From Octopus vulgaris (taxonomy: Eukaryota): a stretch of 64,000 nucleotides of DNA. Of the stretch, positions 13,130 through 25,634 are shown one piece after another. Position 1 is the stretch's first letter, and every line of letters starts with the position of its first letter. The notes under the pieces are model-generated. The model did no database searches, was not told the DNA's origin, and worked only from the letters and a program-made list of their open reading frames with translations. The translations under genes and the position numbers were made by a program. The stretch spans positions 195,672,001-195,736,000 of the forward strand of contig OX597814.1 of NCBI GenBank assembly GCA_951406725.2, written 5' to 3'.

Positions 13130-15702
13130 ACTTAGATAAACTTAGATATGTTTCGACCAAAGATTGGTCCAGGCCATGTCTAACTTAATAGCACCACCTG
13201 ATAGGATTATTCGAATACTGTTTAAGTCAAGTTTTGTTTATGGTCCATTCAAGTAGTGAGTTCTTGTTGGGTTAGTTGTATCAAATTATGGTTGGCTTAT
13301 CTGGTATTTTTTGAAGGAATCTATCCAGACTCCGTTTAAAGTTGATGAGATCCTTTTCCTCTTTGATCTCTTTCAGGACAATGTTAAATAGGGCAAGGTC
13401 TGTTGAGGAAAAGAAATTATGTTGCAGTGTACATGTATGCTGTGATCTTGAATTGGGCAGGGGACGTATGGCCCGTGGTCCCAGTCTTGGATGAACCTTG
13501 AAGCTAATGTTCAGGTCGTTTGGGCAAAGTTGGCGGTATATTCTCCACATCGTACAAATGATGTACCGCTCACGGCGACGCTGGAGAGAGTAGAGTTTCA
13601 AGGCTTTAAGGCGATCCCAATAATCGAGAGCAGCCATGCCTTCAATTCGTTTAGTGAGTGCCCTCTGGGGTGACTCAATCCTCGAGATGTTTTGTCTTGT
13701 ATGGGGAGACCACAGTGGGTAGCAGTATTCTAAGTTGTGGCCGTACAAAGGAGGAGAAAAGTGGTATGATGACACCATGTTCTCTGGACCGGAAAGTTCT
13801 TAAGATCCAGGAACTCATCCTATGAGCTATATCGACCTTCTTGTTGATGTGTGCACTCCAACTGAGATCGTCATCAACAATTACACCCAGGTCTCTGATA
13901 TTGTTAGAGGCTGTGATCGGTTCCCCTGAAGGAAGAGAGTATGGCTGTTTTAGTGAGGAATTTCTTCCAAAATGCATCAGCTCAAATTTTCCCTCGTTCA
14001 GTTGCATTTTGTTTCTGTCTGCCCATTGACTCACAGCATATAGATCAGACTGGAGTTGAGTTCGGTCTGCTTCTTCATTGACGATTTGCAGGAGCTTAGT
14101 GTCATCAGCAAATATTTTCCAGTAATGTACGACACTGGAAAGGTCGTTTATGTAAATTATGAAGAGTAGCGGACCCAAGACAGTCCCCTGGGGGACACCG
14201 CTGGTGACTTTTGCTGGGCTTGAGTGGACTCCATCAACTACAACATGTTGCGTTCTATTCGCCAGGAAATACTTAATCCAGTGTAGAACTTTTTCACGGA
14301 TTCCAACATTTGCCAATTTTGAGAGTAGGATATTATGGTCTACCCTGTCGAACGCTTTACTGAGGTCAAGATATATGACGTCAGAGTTCGAACCTGTTCC
14401 CAAGGCTTTGAGTACATCTTCAATGTGGTATAAGAGCTGTGTTAGATAGTCCCTGCCACAGGGAAAGCCATGCTCATTTGCATTTAAGAGTTTGTGGGTG
14501 TCCAGGAAGTCAGCTATCCTTGATCTTAACACTCTTTCAAATACTTTAATGATGTGGGAGGTGAGTGAAATTGGGCGATAGTTGAGTGCGAGGGATCTGT
14601 TTCCCTGTTTGAAAACCGGGATGACTGACTGGGATAGAAATTGTTTCGGTATATAACCTGCGTCTAACGAATTTCTTCAGAGGTTGGTCAGAGGGACTGC
14701 AAGTTGGTGTTTACATTCCTTCAGGAGACTAGCGGGGAATCTATCAGGGCCTACAGCAGAGTAGTATTTGACCTCATTTATTGCTGCTACGATGTCAGTG
14801 GCAGTGAAGGTTATGTCTGAGATTTTAAGTTGAGAGTCAACTTCGTTCGCTTCTCTTACGTCAATATCAGTGGGAACACTAAAGACAGAGCAGTATTGTT
14901 TCTGCAGTATTTCTGCTATTTCTTTAGCATCGTGTTGGGGAATGCCGTTATCATCAATCAATGGCCCAATGGGTGAGACAATGGTTCTATGCTTATTTGC
15001 ATAAGAATAGAACACTTTTGGGGTCTGTTTGATGTTTTTGATCACCCACTGTTCCTCCACAGCTCTTTGATTTTCAATGGAGGTTTTCATGTCGGTCTGC
15101 AGATGAAGTTTTTCCAGCTCTAGCCTTTTCATTGTTGTTGAATGTGGATGTTGTGTGTGGGAATATTTTAATTGGTTGATTTTTTTGTTGAGTCTTTTGA
15201 TGCGCCTGATGAGTGTTTTTTTCTTTTTAGGGAGCTGGCTTCTGTTTGTGTTAGTAGATTTCGTGGGAGCGTGTTTAGAGCATGTATAGGTGACAATGTT
15301 TTCAAAGTGCTGCCATGCGGTCTCAATATGGGTGGAATTGAGAGTAAAAGACCAGTCGATGAAAGACAGATCCTTTCTGATTGCTCTCCAGTCCGCTTTG
15401 TGGAAGTTTATGTTGTCAAATGGGTGTCATGGAGTGGGATTGGCTGGTTTGGTTTTTATATGTCGGGAATTAAAATTGCAGAGTACCATGTTGTGGTCTG
15501 AGAGGAGAGTTTTTTCAACTGAAATACTGTGAACGAAGCTAGAGTGATTGGTCAATACCAGATCCAAGATCGATTTATTCTGTCTCGTTGGTTCGAGCAC
15601 TAGCTGAGTCAGGAAGTATTCATCCATTAGATTAAAGAGCAGTTCTGCTGCTGCTCTATCTGATGTAGAGCATTTGCCTAACTTCAGAGTATTTGTGGGC
15701 CA
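13130..15702 (-). mobile_element. 5'-truncated CR1-type LINE; ORF2 pseudogene (APE C-terminus plus RT)
   Basis: EPTR..ILDLVLTN..SDHNMV (APE), YLDLSKAFDRVDH, SGVPQGTVLGPLLF, FADDTKL, LYSLQRRRERY. Several frameshifts; 3' stem-loop gaccaatctttggtc and a short repeated tail. Confidence 0.92.
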
Positions 15703-15742
15703 ATATATATATATATATACATATAGAAATATACTTGCATAC

Positions 15743-15789
<47 letters not shown>

Positions 15790-15799
15790 AAGAAGCAGG

Positions 15800-18111
15800 G
15801 CTGCCAAATTCTTCATTTCTTATATCTTGTCTTATAGAGTTTCATGCAAGATGAGCGAAATTTATGAGTACCTGAAGGAATGGTATCAGAGAATTTACTT
15901 AATGTGCTCGAATTGTATGATTTAATAATAATGTATGATTCTCTAATGCATAAAGTGCATTTTTTACTTATAGGGGAGAGCGTTTAATAGTATAGACCGA
16001 AAAATCTTATAATTAGTGTTGTCATACCTTAAATAATGTACATATAAGGCTAGATACCAGAATTTTTATATTTAATGTCAGAAAATGAATTTAAGTGCGG
16101 TCTAGATCTTTGTTTGAATTCAGCAGTACTACCTATATATGTTCTATCCTGATATTTATCTGATACTACTGTACATTTATATACTACGTGTTTAAGAAGG
16201 CACAATCCTTCAAGCGGGCATAAATCAATTTCTCTACAGCTACATGTTCTCTCTTTTATTTTTGCTATTATCTATATTTTCTGGAGGTGGGTGGTGGGGT
16301 TTCCATTATTCAAGTCTACCAGCGAATTGGAGTTATTTTTATTTGATGTTGAATTATATGAATTAGGTGTTCCTGATATATTTATATTATTAATACTAGG
16401 TCTCCTATCAGTGTTAAAGGCTGTGAGAGTTTGATATTTGATTTTATTCTTATTTATAGGTACTATAACTGATCCTAAATTTCGTATTGTCGAATAAGAT
16501 TTATTGCATAATGGATAGTATTTGTGATGTTTTGGAAAATTATGTTTTAGGATTTTGAAAATTAGTTTCGGTAGAATTTTAACAGCAAAGGAGAATGTAG
16601 GGGCAAACCAAATTACTTCTCACTTCCTAGATTTATATTGTTTAGATATATCATGTTGTTCTTGAGCAGAGTATGTATTTTTATGGCTGGGGCCAATTTT
16701 ATATTTAATATAATTATAATTACCTGAAGGCCTAATTATTACTAATACGTCACTGAAAAAATGCAAGTATAATTAAGTTAGAATCAGAGTTACTATTGCT
16801 AGATAGTTTTGTGTTAAGTTTAGTATCGAGTATATAGTAAATGTGATTGCTAAAGCCGCTTGGTTTTAAGGTTTGAGTATAAATGGGTGCATGCGCATTA
16901 AATATTTCCACATTAACCGAAAGAGTGGAGATCCTTATTGATATAGCTGTGACTAAACTGTTAATGGTGGATTTAGAATGATTTGAGGCAACATTAATAT
17001 ATTGTATTACCTGATTGGACTTTCTATATGATAATAAAGTTTAGTACTAAAATCTAAAGTGACCTCTGGAAAATTCATAACTTTGGTGTCCGTATCATAT
17101 ACTATATTAAAGTTAAGGAATTCTAGGGGGAATCTTCTTAAGGATTTCTTAATCCTCTCTACCTTCGGTAGCAAAGAGCGCGTCATCCCTATATAGACCA
17201 CCCGATATATTAGGGAAACTATCCCTTATTTGAGACAAGCGGTATACGCCTACTAAATAAGTTATCTGAGCCGAGTCTAATGATCGCATGGTTATGTCAA
17301 AACAATCCAATTATGTCCGTTAAAGTTTATTAAAATCTTCCTTGCGGCTAATATCATATCTATATCTGACCTGGAAACGTTGAGGAAATTGTATGCAAAT
17401 ATTAATGCTTTATTTAGAAGGATAGGTGAGATGGATGCATAATAGTTGCAGATGTCAAATTGTATGAACTGGGTATGCTCTTTATCTACAATGGAGTTAA
17501 ACCATATAATTACGTCCCCAGACGAGCCCACATACACTCGCTTTAATTCTGTTTCACAAAAGTCATGTAATGAACTTTATTTGCATCCTGGTAGAGTCAT
17601 ATTGCGTCACTGAAAATTTTCATATACACCATTATTTTCAATTTTTTTAATTTTACTATTTTTCAGTAATGATTACCTATGGTTAAGTCTTTCTGAGCTG
17701 GCTGAAACGTTAGCACGCCGGGCGAAATGCGTAGCCGTATTTCGTCTGCTATTACGTTCTGAGTTCAAATTCCGCCGAGGTCGACTTTGCCTTTCATCCT
17801 TTCGAGGTCGATTAAATAAGTACCAGTTACGCACTAGGGTCGATATAATCGACTTAATCCGTTTGTCTGTCGTTGTTTGTCCTCTCTGTGTGTAGCCCCT
17901 TGTGGGTAGTAAAGAAATAGGTTAAGTCTTTCTTTATACATTCAGAGCCTGTTTACTGTGACTTAGCTTCCTCCTATATGTTAAATGGCAAATTTTCAAT
18001 AGTTTTTAGATGTGTTCCTCAGGAATGTTTCGGTAAACACATTATAAAAGAGTAAGAAAATGAGAGGGGTGAAAATATGAGGCAGAAGAAGTGAGAGATA
18101 GATAGATAGAT

Positions 18112-18153
<42 letters not shown>

Positions 18154-18800
18154 TGAAATGGATGAGTGAGGGGTGATAAGGTAAGGGGATAAATATAAAG
18201 GAAGTGGAATGGTTAAAATATCAGCCATTAGCAATAAAGGGGTTTTCATCATATAGCCCAAATTCTATGGATGGTGAAGTAGATTTTGTTATAATAGCTG
18301 TTTCTGAAGAAAGCGGAAATGCTATTACACATCGTTAAAGACCGGAGTGATTGATACCATTAACGTTGTACATGAATGTTTGTAAATCAACATTTACAGG
18401 AAAATATGAGTAGGGAGAGAATTCCAGAGAAGCAACGGTCTGAGGTAGAAGGACTGGGCGTATAGGGAATTGTGTGAAGCGTGGCGCCTGAGGTTGCCTA
18501 CGAGAAAGTAATGAGCGGAGGAGAGTTGAACTGGACAGGAACACATGGATGGAAGGGGTGCCATGGGATTAATAGATCTGGTAGAAAAGGTAGAGGGAGT
18601 AGACAGCTCGCCAGTGGTCCAGAGGTGGCAACGTGTCTATAAATGGTTTATAGGTACACTTTTCTGGGTATGGTTTGGGATGTATGTACGATTTGAATTC
18701 TTTTAGGTTGGTACATGAAGAGAAAATCAGGTAGAGAAATATTTAGTAAGGATTTCAGACATTTGATTGTATACTCAAGATTACGTATGGACATATATAT
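15800..18800 (-). mobile_element. Decayed Penelope-like element (RT plus GIY-YIG), interrupted by a SINE
   Basis: FIQFDICNYYASISPILLNKALIFA, NFPEVTLD, YINVASNHSKS, KVIWFAPTFSFAV, CSCRE..LCPLEGLCLLKHVVYKC, YIGSTAEFKQR. Core 16000-17540 is firm; outer limits are tentative. Confidence 0.8.
17695..17919 (+). mobile_element. SINE family A with 14-bp TSD
   Basis: TSD ggttaagtctttct at 17681-17694 and 17920-17933. Confidence 0.9.
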
Positions 18801-18814
18801 ATATATATATATAT

Positions 18815-19000
18815 GAGGGAATTTACCACTATGTGGAAACCCTTATGCTAGAAGAAGATCCGCTATGGTCTTACCACTAAGAATTGTTCTCTAGAAAATT
18901 TAGCAAATACCAGAAACGTAAGCGAGCAAGACAAATGAAAAGTAGCAAAAATGTTATCAAATTAATATCAATTTTTCACCCTGATTTTAATATTAATTAT
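18815..19000. mobile_element. PLE pLTR-like fragment with an inverted tail
   Basis: 18825-18945 aligns to 46795-46915; 18960-18990 is the reverse complement of 46670-46705; (TA)n on both sides. Confidence 0.65.
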
Positions 19001-19036
19001 ATATATATGTATATATTTGTGTGCATGTGTGTGTAT

Positions 19037-19069
<33 letters not shown>

Positions 19070-19648
19070 ATGTTGAATTGACTTCATGCCAATCAACTCT
19101 GGTTTCTCCTCATCCGGAGCGGACTTTATGCTAGATGTGGTCTTGGGTTGTCTGTATGCGTTTTGAATATTTCTAAGTTTGCAGTACACGTCGGGAAAAG
19201 TAGGTAGTGATATATTTAGTGAAACTTGCACACTAAAGGGGAAAGATTAAATGAAGAGTTATTAAGGACAGTTTTTTTTTTCATATTTTAATCAGAAAGG
19301 ACTGTAGTCCCCCAGGATCTTCCTAAAGAGGAGCTACGAGAGTTATTCTCAACCGAGAGATCTGGCCTGAAAGCTTGCATGCTTTGTGGTCTTCACTAAA
19401 AGTGTCCAAAAATCAGCTGGTGCTGTTGAACTGGACAACAGAATTAGTTCATCACTGAAGTAGGCCATGGTGGGATTTGAATACAGAATTCAAAGAAATG
19501 GAACAAATTCTGCAAGACATCTTGGTAACCGATCTCACTGTTCTAATGGCTTTGGTTGGTATTTTCTGTTATTGATTTCGATAGGATGAGTGGCAAAGTT
19601 GATCTTGGCAGGATTTGAATTTAGCACTCCAAAGACACTGCCTATGCA

Positions 19649-20754
19649 GTATGTAAGTTATAGAAGGGTAAGAGGTAAGAAACTCTCAAAAGTACTGAAG
19701 GTCGTTCAGAGAAGAAACCCTATTCAGGCAAGCGTTTCTTCCCTTAACTTCTTATATTCCAAGGGGGACGGGAAGCATCCAGGTCATGACTCCTGGACAC
19801 GCTTCTACTGATACATTTCATCCTCTTCGGTATGTGAGTTATGGACAGGTAAGAGGTAAGAAACTCTCAAAAGTACTGAAGGTCGTTCAGAGAAGAAACC
19901 CTATTCAGGAAAGCGCTTCTGCTCTTAACTTCTAATATTCGAAGGGGGACGGGAAGCATCCAGATCATGACTCCTGGATACGCTTCTACTGATACATTTC
20001 ATCCTCTTCGGTATGTGAGTTATGGACAGGTAAGAGGTAAGAAACTCTCAAAAGTACTGAAGGTCGTTCAGAGAAGAATCCCTATTCAGGCAAGCGCTTC
20101 TGCTCTTAACTTCTTATATTCCAAGGGGACGGGAAGCATCCAGATCATGACTCCTGGATACGCTTCTACTGATACATTTCATCCTCTTCGGTATGTGAGT
20201 TATGGACAGGTAAGAGGTAAGAAACTCTCAAAAGTACTGAAGGTCGTTCAGAGAAGAAACCCTATTCAGGAAAGCGCTTCTGCTCTTAACTTCTAATATT
20301 CGAAGGGGACGGGAAGCATCCAGATCATGACTCCTGGATACGCTTCTACTGATACATTTCATCCTCTTCGGTATGTGAGTTATGGACAGGTAAGAGGTAA
20401 GAAACTCTCAAAAGTACTGAAGGTCGTTCAGAGAAGAATCCCTATTCAGGCAAGCGCTTCTGCTCTTAACTTCTTATATTCCAAGGGGGACGGGAAGCAT
20501 CCAGATCATGACTCCTGGATACGCTTCTACTGATACATTTCATCCTCTTCGGTATGTGAGTTATGGACAGGTAAGAGGTAAGAAACTCTCAAAAGTACTG
20601 AAGGTCGTTCAGAGAAGAAACCCTATTCAGGCAAGCGCTTCTGCTCTTAACTTCTTATATTCGAAGGGGGACGGGAAGCATCCAGATCATGACTCCTGGG
20701 TTCGCTTCTACTGACACCTTTTATCCTCTTCGGTATGTGAGTTATGGAAGAGTA
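19649..20754. repeat. Tandem array of ~6.1 units of 180-181 bp
   Basis: ggtaagaggtaag recurs at 19667, 19848, 20029, 20209, 20389 and 20570; units are nearly identical. Confidence 0.97.
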
Positions 20755-21017
20755 ATATTTTGAGAAAGGCGATGGATTGACAGAATCGTTACATTTTACA
20801 AGTTTTGTTTCGGCTCTTTATGTAGTGAGTTCTAATCCTTCCGAAGTCAACTTTGCCTTTTATTATTCCGGGTTAGATAAAAGAAAGTAGTGGTCCAGGA
20901 AGTTGGTTTTGCGAAATTGTTAGAGCATTGCGGTCTTTGTTTCTCCATCTCTGCATTCTGAATTCGCTTGCTTTAACTCTGTATCGGTTCCTTTCTCTTT
21001 CGTTTGGTCATCATTCG

Positions 21018-22024
21018 TTTGGATCTCTAGTTAGTAAAGGGAGAGTTTGCACAATAGTGTTGAATGCCTCACTGTTTCTGGGGTTGTGCGTTGATATAAA
21101 AAGTAATGTTTTGGTTTGAGATCCAAAAAGGAAATCCATCATGAAAACACACAAACTCATCAAATGCAAAAAACAAGACAAATCGCCAAAGAGACTACTA
21201 ACAAATGCGAAGCTTTACAAACAACCACGAAACCAACGGTTGAAAAATGTGGACGCCCGAACTGTGGAACCTGCGCCAACCTGCTTGAAGGCTCGGATTT
21301 CTTTTTCAAACAAGGACAGAGGTTCACAATTAAAACTAGTTTCACCTGTGCCTCTGAGAACCTGATTTATGTAATAACCTGCTCGGGTTGCGGTCATCAG
21401 TACATTGGACAAACGAGTTTAACTTTGAGAAAGAGAATCACTCTACATAAGGAGCAAATCCGTTTACCGCAATACAGACAAATTCTTCTCAGTGAATACA
21501 TAGAAAAATGTGAAGGTAACATCAAACCAAATTTCACAGTCTTCCCTTTCTACCAGTGCAAAGACGCAATCTCTCAAGTAGAACGGTTAAATAAAGAAAA
21601 GTTTTTCATTGAAAAATACAAAACACGTCTTAGTATGCACGCATAACCAACTTTTATATATTTTTACATATTCTATTCACAATTACATCACTGGACATAA
21701 ATCCCCTACTAAACAAGGTTTTTAAAAACCTGTATCTTTTCCGTACACATATTTAATCCTCACCCATTACCGAAAGCTGAACAGTTATCTCCCTTATACA
21801 CAACAATAACAATAATAACAACCAGTTACCTCCCTTTATTTGTCTACTTGTGACGTCATTCACTCGTGAATTTCATCAAACACAACATGGACCAAATTTC
21901 TTCTTAAGAAAAGAATATATATTCAAACAAATTAAACATAATATCATGAATAGCGATAGCGAAACTGGTCGATATATTAAAAATTATATTAAAACCATGT
22001 AAGTGTGTATTTACCTTTTTCATT

Positions 22025-22030
<6 letters not shown>
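21018..22030 (+). mobile_element. 3' fragment of a Penelope-like element: GIY-YIG endonuclease plus pLTR
   Basis: KCGRPNCGTC..FTCASENLIYVITCSGCGHQYIGQTSLTLRKRITLH..ERLNKEKFFI (stop at 21646), followed by a UTR with an HHR and ending at (TA)n. Confidence 0.9.
21941..21975 (+). ncRNA. Minimal type I hammerhead ribozyme with A3-U8 covariant core
   Basis: atatc-ATGAATA-gc(gata)gc-GAAA-c(tg)g-TC-gatat, in the expected position ~300 bp downstream of the PLE ORF. Confidence 0.65.
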
Positions 22031-22087
<57 letters not shown>

Positions 22088-22372
22088 TACACACATACAT
22101 TGCTACATACATAGCTACTTGTAAGTGTGTATGTTTGTGTTGTGTTTGTATAAATGTATGTGCTTATTTAGATACACATATATAATTTAAACCGGTTCAT
22201 ACATGCACACACACATATAATATATATACACCGGTGTTATAGCAGGGTTACTAATCGGTGAAGTTGAAATATATGTATGTCTATGTAAAGCTGTACATAT
22301 AAAAAAGAATTAAAATTAATGCTATGCCACTTCGTAATAATATTCATTGTTGTTGTTGTTGTTGTTGTTCTT

Positions 22373-22403
<31 letters not shown>

Positions 22404-22442
22404 TTATTATTATTATTATTACAATTATTATTATTATTATTA

Positions 22443-23420
22443 TTCAGTAGTTTTAGTTTTATTTTTATAGCGTGCTTTCACTTCACTACCGAGCGCAGCT
22501 CTGTGTGCCTTGGGTATGTGCTGTGATTTGTTGTGATGCTCTGATGGTTATTGTATGGAAAGTGTTCTGCGTAGGATGTGTGCAGTGCCTAGTAGTGCAA
22601 TTTTCTGTATGTTATATGTGTTTGTAAGTCCTGGTGTTTTTGTTATGTATTTGTCTGAATATTTTTTTATCATGCCTAATGCACCTACTATGATAGGAAT
22701 TGTTTCTGTTTTCAGATTCCACATTCTAGTTACCTCTATTTCCAGGTCTTTGTATTTTGAGAGTTTCTCCATTTCTTTTAGAGACACGTTGTCATCTGCC
22801 GGTACTGATACATCAATTAGAAAGCATTTTTTTTTCTTCATGGTCTCTGACAACTATATCTGGTCTGTTGGCCTTAATTTCTCTATCTGTGTGTATCGGC
22901 ATATCCCAGAGTATGGTTGCTTTCTCGTTTTCTGTGACCTTTTCTGGTGTGTGCCTATACCATCTTTTTTCTGTTGTTATTCCATAATGTTGGCATAGCT
23001 TCCAATGTATGTAAGTTCCAACTCTGTCGTGTCTGTGAATATATTCCTTCTTAGCCAGGACTGGGCAGCTAGAGATAATATGATTTATTGTTTCTTGTCC
23101 ATCTCCACATATTCTGCAGTTACTTGTAATATTTCTTTTCATTACATGTTTTTGGTAATTTCTGGTGGGGAGGCTTTGGTCTTGTGCTGCAATTAAAAAT
23201 CCCTCTGTTTCTGCTTTGAGTCCTGAGCTTCTCAACCATTGCTGGGATTTTTCTTTGTCTATTTCTTTTGCGTTTAGTTTAGTCCAGTATTTACCATGAA
23301 GGGGCTTTTCTTGCCATCGTTTTATCATGGTTCGTTGCTGTTCTATTTTTAGTTTGGATTTCATTTGTTTTATAGCTTTTGTTGTTTCTTCATCTTCTTC
23401 TTCTTCTTCTTCTTCATGTT
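22443..23420 (-). mobile_element. 5'-truncated R4/Dong-clade non-LTR retrotransposon (CCHC plus restriction-like endonuclease)
   Basis: WQEKPLHG, ETEGFLIAAQDQ, CRICG..ETINHIISSC, RHDRV, NRPDIVV..LIDVSVP..EKLSKY; one frameshift in a homopolymer run near 22830; (TAA)n on both flanks. Confidence 0.92.
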
Positions 23421-23451
23421 TGTTATTATTATTATTATTATTTTTATTACA

Positions 23452-23505
<54 letters not shown>

Positions 23506-23509
23506 GATA

Positions 23510-23632
23510 TATGTATGTTGGTTATTTTTATTGTAATCTCCCCATTTTGAATTATATGGATAATACCATACTAAATTCTGGATCCCTTTAACTTAAGTAC
23601 CATATTCAACTGAATCTAAATTTTACTGAACT

Positions 23633-23635
<3 letters not shown>
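23510..23635 (+). mobile_element. PLE pLTR-like 3' tail fragment
   Basis: Its reverse complement resembles 49575-49682 (ttgaatatggtac..aa..ggggagattac); abuts (TA)n. Confidence 0.45.
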
Positions 23636-23678
<43 letters not shown>

Positions 23679-24274
23679 ATATGCATTAAAAATATGCTAT
23701 ATTTGTTCATGCTTATTGATTTAGTTAGAATGCTTTACTGTGGAAAATGCAAAAAAGAAAGGCAAGAAAAATCAATTTCAAACGTATTGATAGATAATTA
23801 TAAATTTGAGCTGCTGCTTTTACTCTCTCACATGTCTGATCAATTGATTACATAGATCGTGTACACAAATATATGCTTTGTTTGTTATGTCATCAGATGC
23901 CATCTGTTTGTTTATACTCGGGGGATTTTGTTCTATCGATAATCCTTATTACACCGAAAAGTTCACGTCGTATTTATTATCTTGAAGAATTTCATAGTTG
24001 ATTATTTATTCTTTTCTTTAAAAAAAATGAATGAAGAGAGGCCTTTTGTTAGTTTATCACATGTGACTATATGATATGTCGATAAGTCTGGTAATAGATA
24101 ATCATGAAATAACTTTGTATTCTAGTAAGCAAATGTAAAATATACGAATATTGATATTATTTTCTGTTCTGTTTTTTTATTTTTTTAAAATATAATGATA
24201 TATGAATTCGTAACAAATCGTATTATAAATTTTACTGTCCCTCCCTTTACAGTAAATCACGTATTATTTGTAAT

Positions 24275-25370
24275 CTGGTTTCAAATTGTGCCACAAGGCC
24301 AGCAATTTAAGGGTTAACACCGATCCCAGTGTCCAACTGTACTTACTTCATCGACCACAAAAGCATAAAAAGCAAAGTAGACCTAGGCAGAATTTGAACT
24401 CAGAACCTAAATACAGACGAAATACTGCGAAGTGATTTGCCCGGCGTGCTCATGATTCTGCCAGCTCACTGACTTTTACATATCATTTTCTAATGTAGGC
24501 ACAAGGCTCGAAATTTTTGAGGCGGGAGTGGGGGTAGTAAATTAGATCGACCACAGTACGCAACCGGTACTCAATTTATCAACCCCGAAGGGATGAAACG
24601 CAAAGTCGACCTCAGGGGAATCTGAGCATAGAACATAAAAACAAATGAAATACCTATTTCTTTATTACCCAGATTGGGCTAAACACAGCAGGTGAATTGG
24701 AGAAGATGTTAGAGCGTTGGATGAAATGTCATGTGATATTTATTACAGTGTCTTACGTTTCGAGTTCAAATCCCGCCGGAGAGAGCTTTGCCTTTCATTT
24801 TCTCGAAGGCTCATAAAATAAAATAGCAATCTAGGGCGGTAGAATCGCGGAAATTTTTAACGGAATGTATTGTAAATGTAAGAGGGAATTTGACGAAAAC
24901 GTTAGATGAAATACCCTATGGTATTTATTCTGGCACTTTGCGTTTTGAGTTCAACTCCAACTCAGCTCAGCTTTGCATTTTATCCTTTCAGGGACCGATA
25001 AAATAAAGAATCAATGCAGAATGGTGAATTCGCGAAAATGTTAGAAAACCGCTCTGGATTCCTAGCAGCATCAGTTTCGCATCATTGCGTTCGGAGTTCA
25101 AATCTCATCTTGAATTTTAATCCATGCCCAGTTTGAAGGTAATGCCCTCTTCCCCTCTCACCAGTCCTGTAGGCCCTGTAAACGGTCACAGGTGTGGCTA
25201 AGGCGGCGAGCTGGCAGAATCATTAGCACGTTGGACGAAATGCTCAGTGGTATTTCGTCTGCCGCTATGTTCTGAGTTCAAATTCCGCCGAGGTCGACTT
25301 TGCTTTTCATCCTTTCGGGGTCGATTAAATAAGTACCAGTTACACACCAGGGTCGAAATAATCGACTTAT
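24275..25370. mobile_element. Cluster of family A SINE copies and heads
   Basis: Minus copies at 24275-24690, several degenerate plus-strand heads at 24690-25110, and a younger plus copy at 25200-25370. Confidence 0.75.
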
Positions 25371-25634
25371 GAACTGGCAGCAAATTCGACACATCAACAA
25401 ACTGCTTCCTTGCAGTTTCCTTGGGCACAGTTTTATCATTTACAAAGCTTGAGCAGAGGCTAAAGCAGAAGACTCTTACCAAAGTTATCGATCTGTTGAG
25501 TCTAAAAACATGGTATTTTGTGATTGAGAATCAAAATTTGATGGGGTGCGTTATACATAACCAGTAAGTAAACTGTTATACCAAGTATTCTACACTAGGC
25601 GCAGGAGTGGCTGTGTGGTAAGTAGCTTGCTTAC

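Noticed and set aside
15830-15900. HHR at the 3' end of the PLE relic (minus strand CTGATAC...GAAAC)
   Set aside because: The core and helices are too degenerate to support.
19649-20754. CRISPR array, coding repeat or HHR retrozyme
   Set aside because: No unique spacers; unit lengths of 180/181 shift frame and contain stops; no CUGANGA..GAAA with closed helices on either strand.
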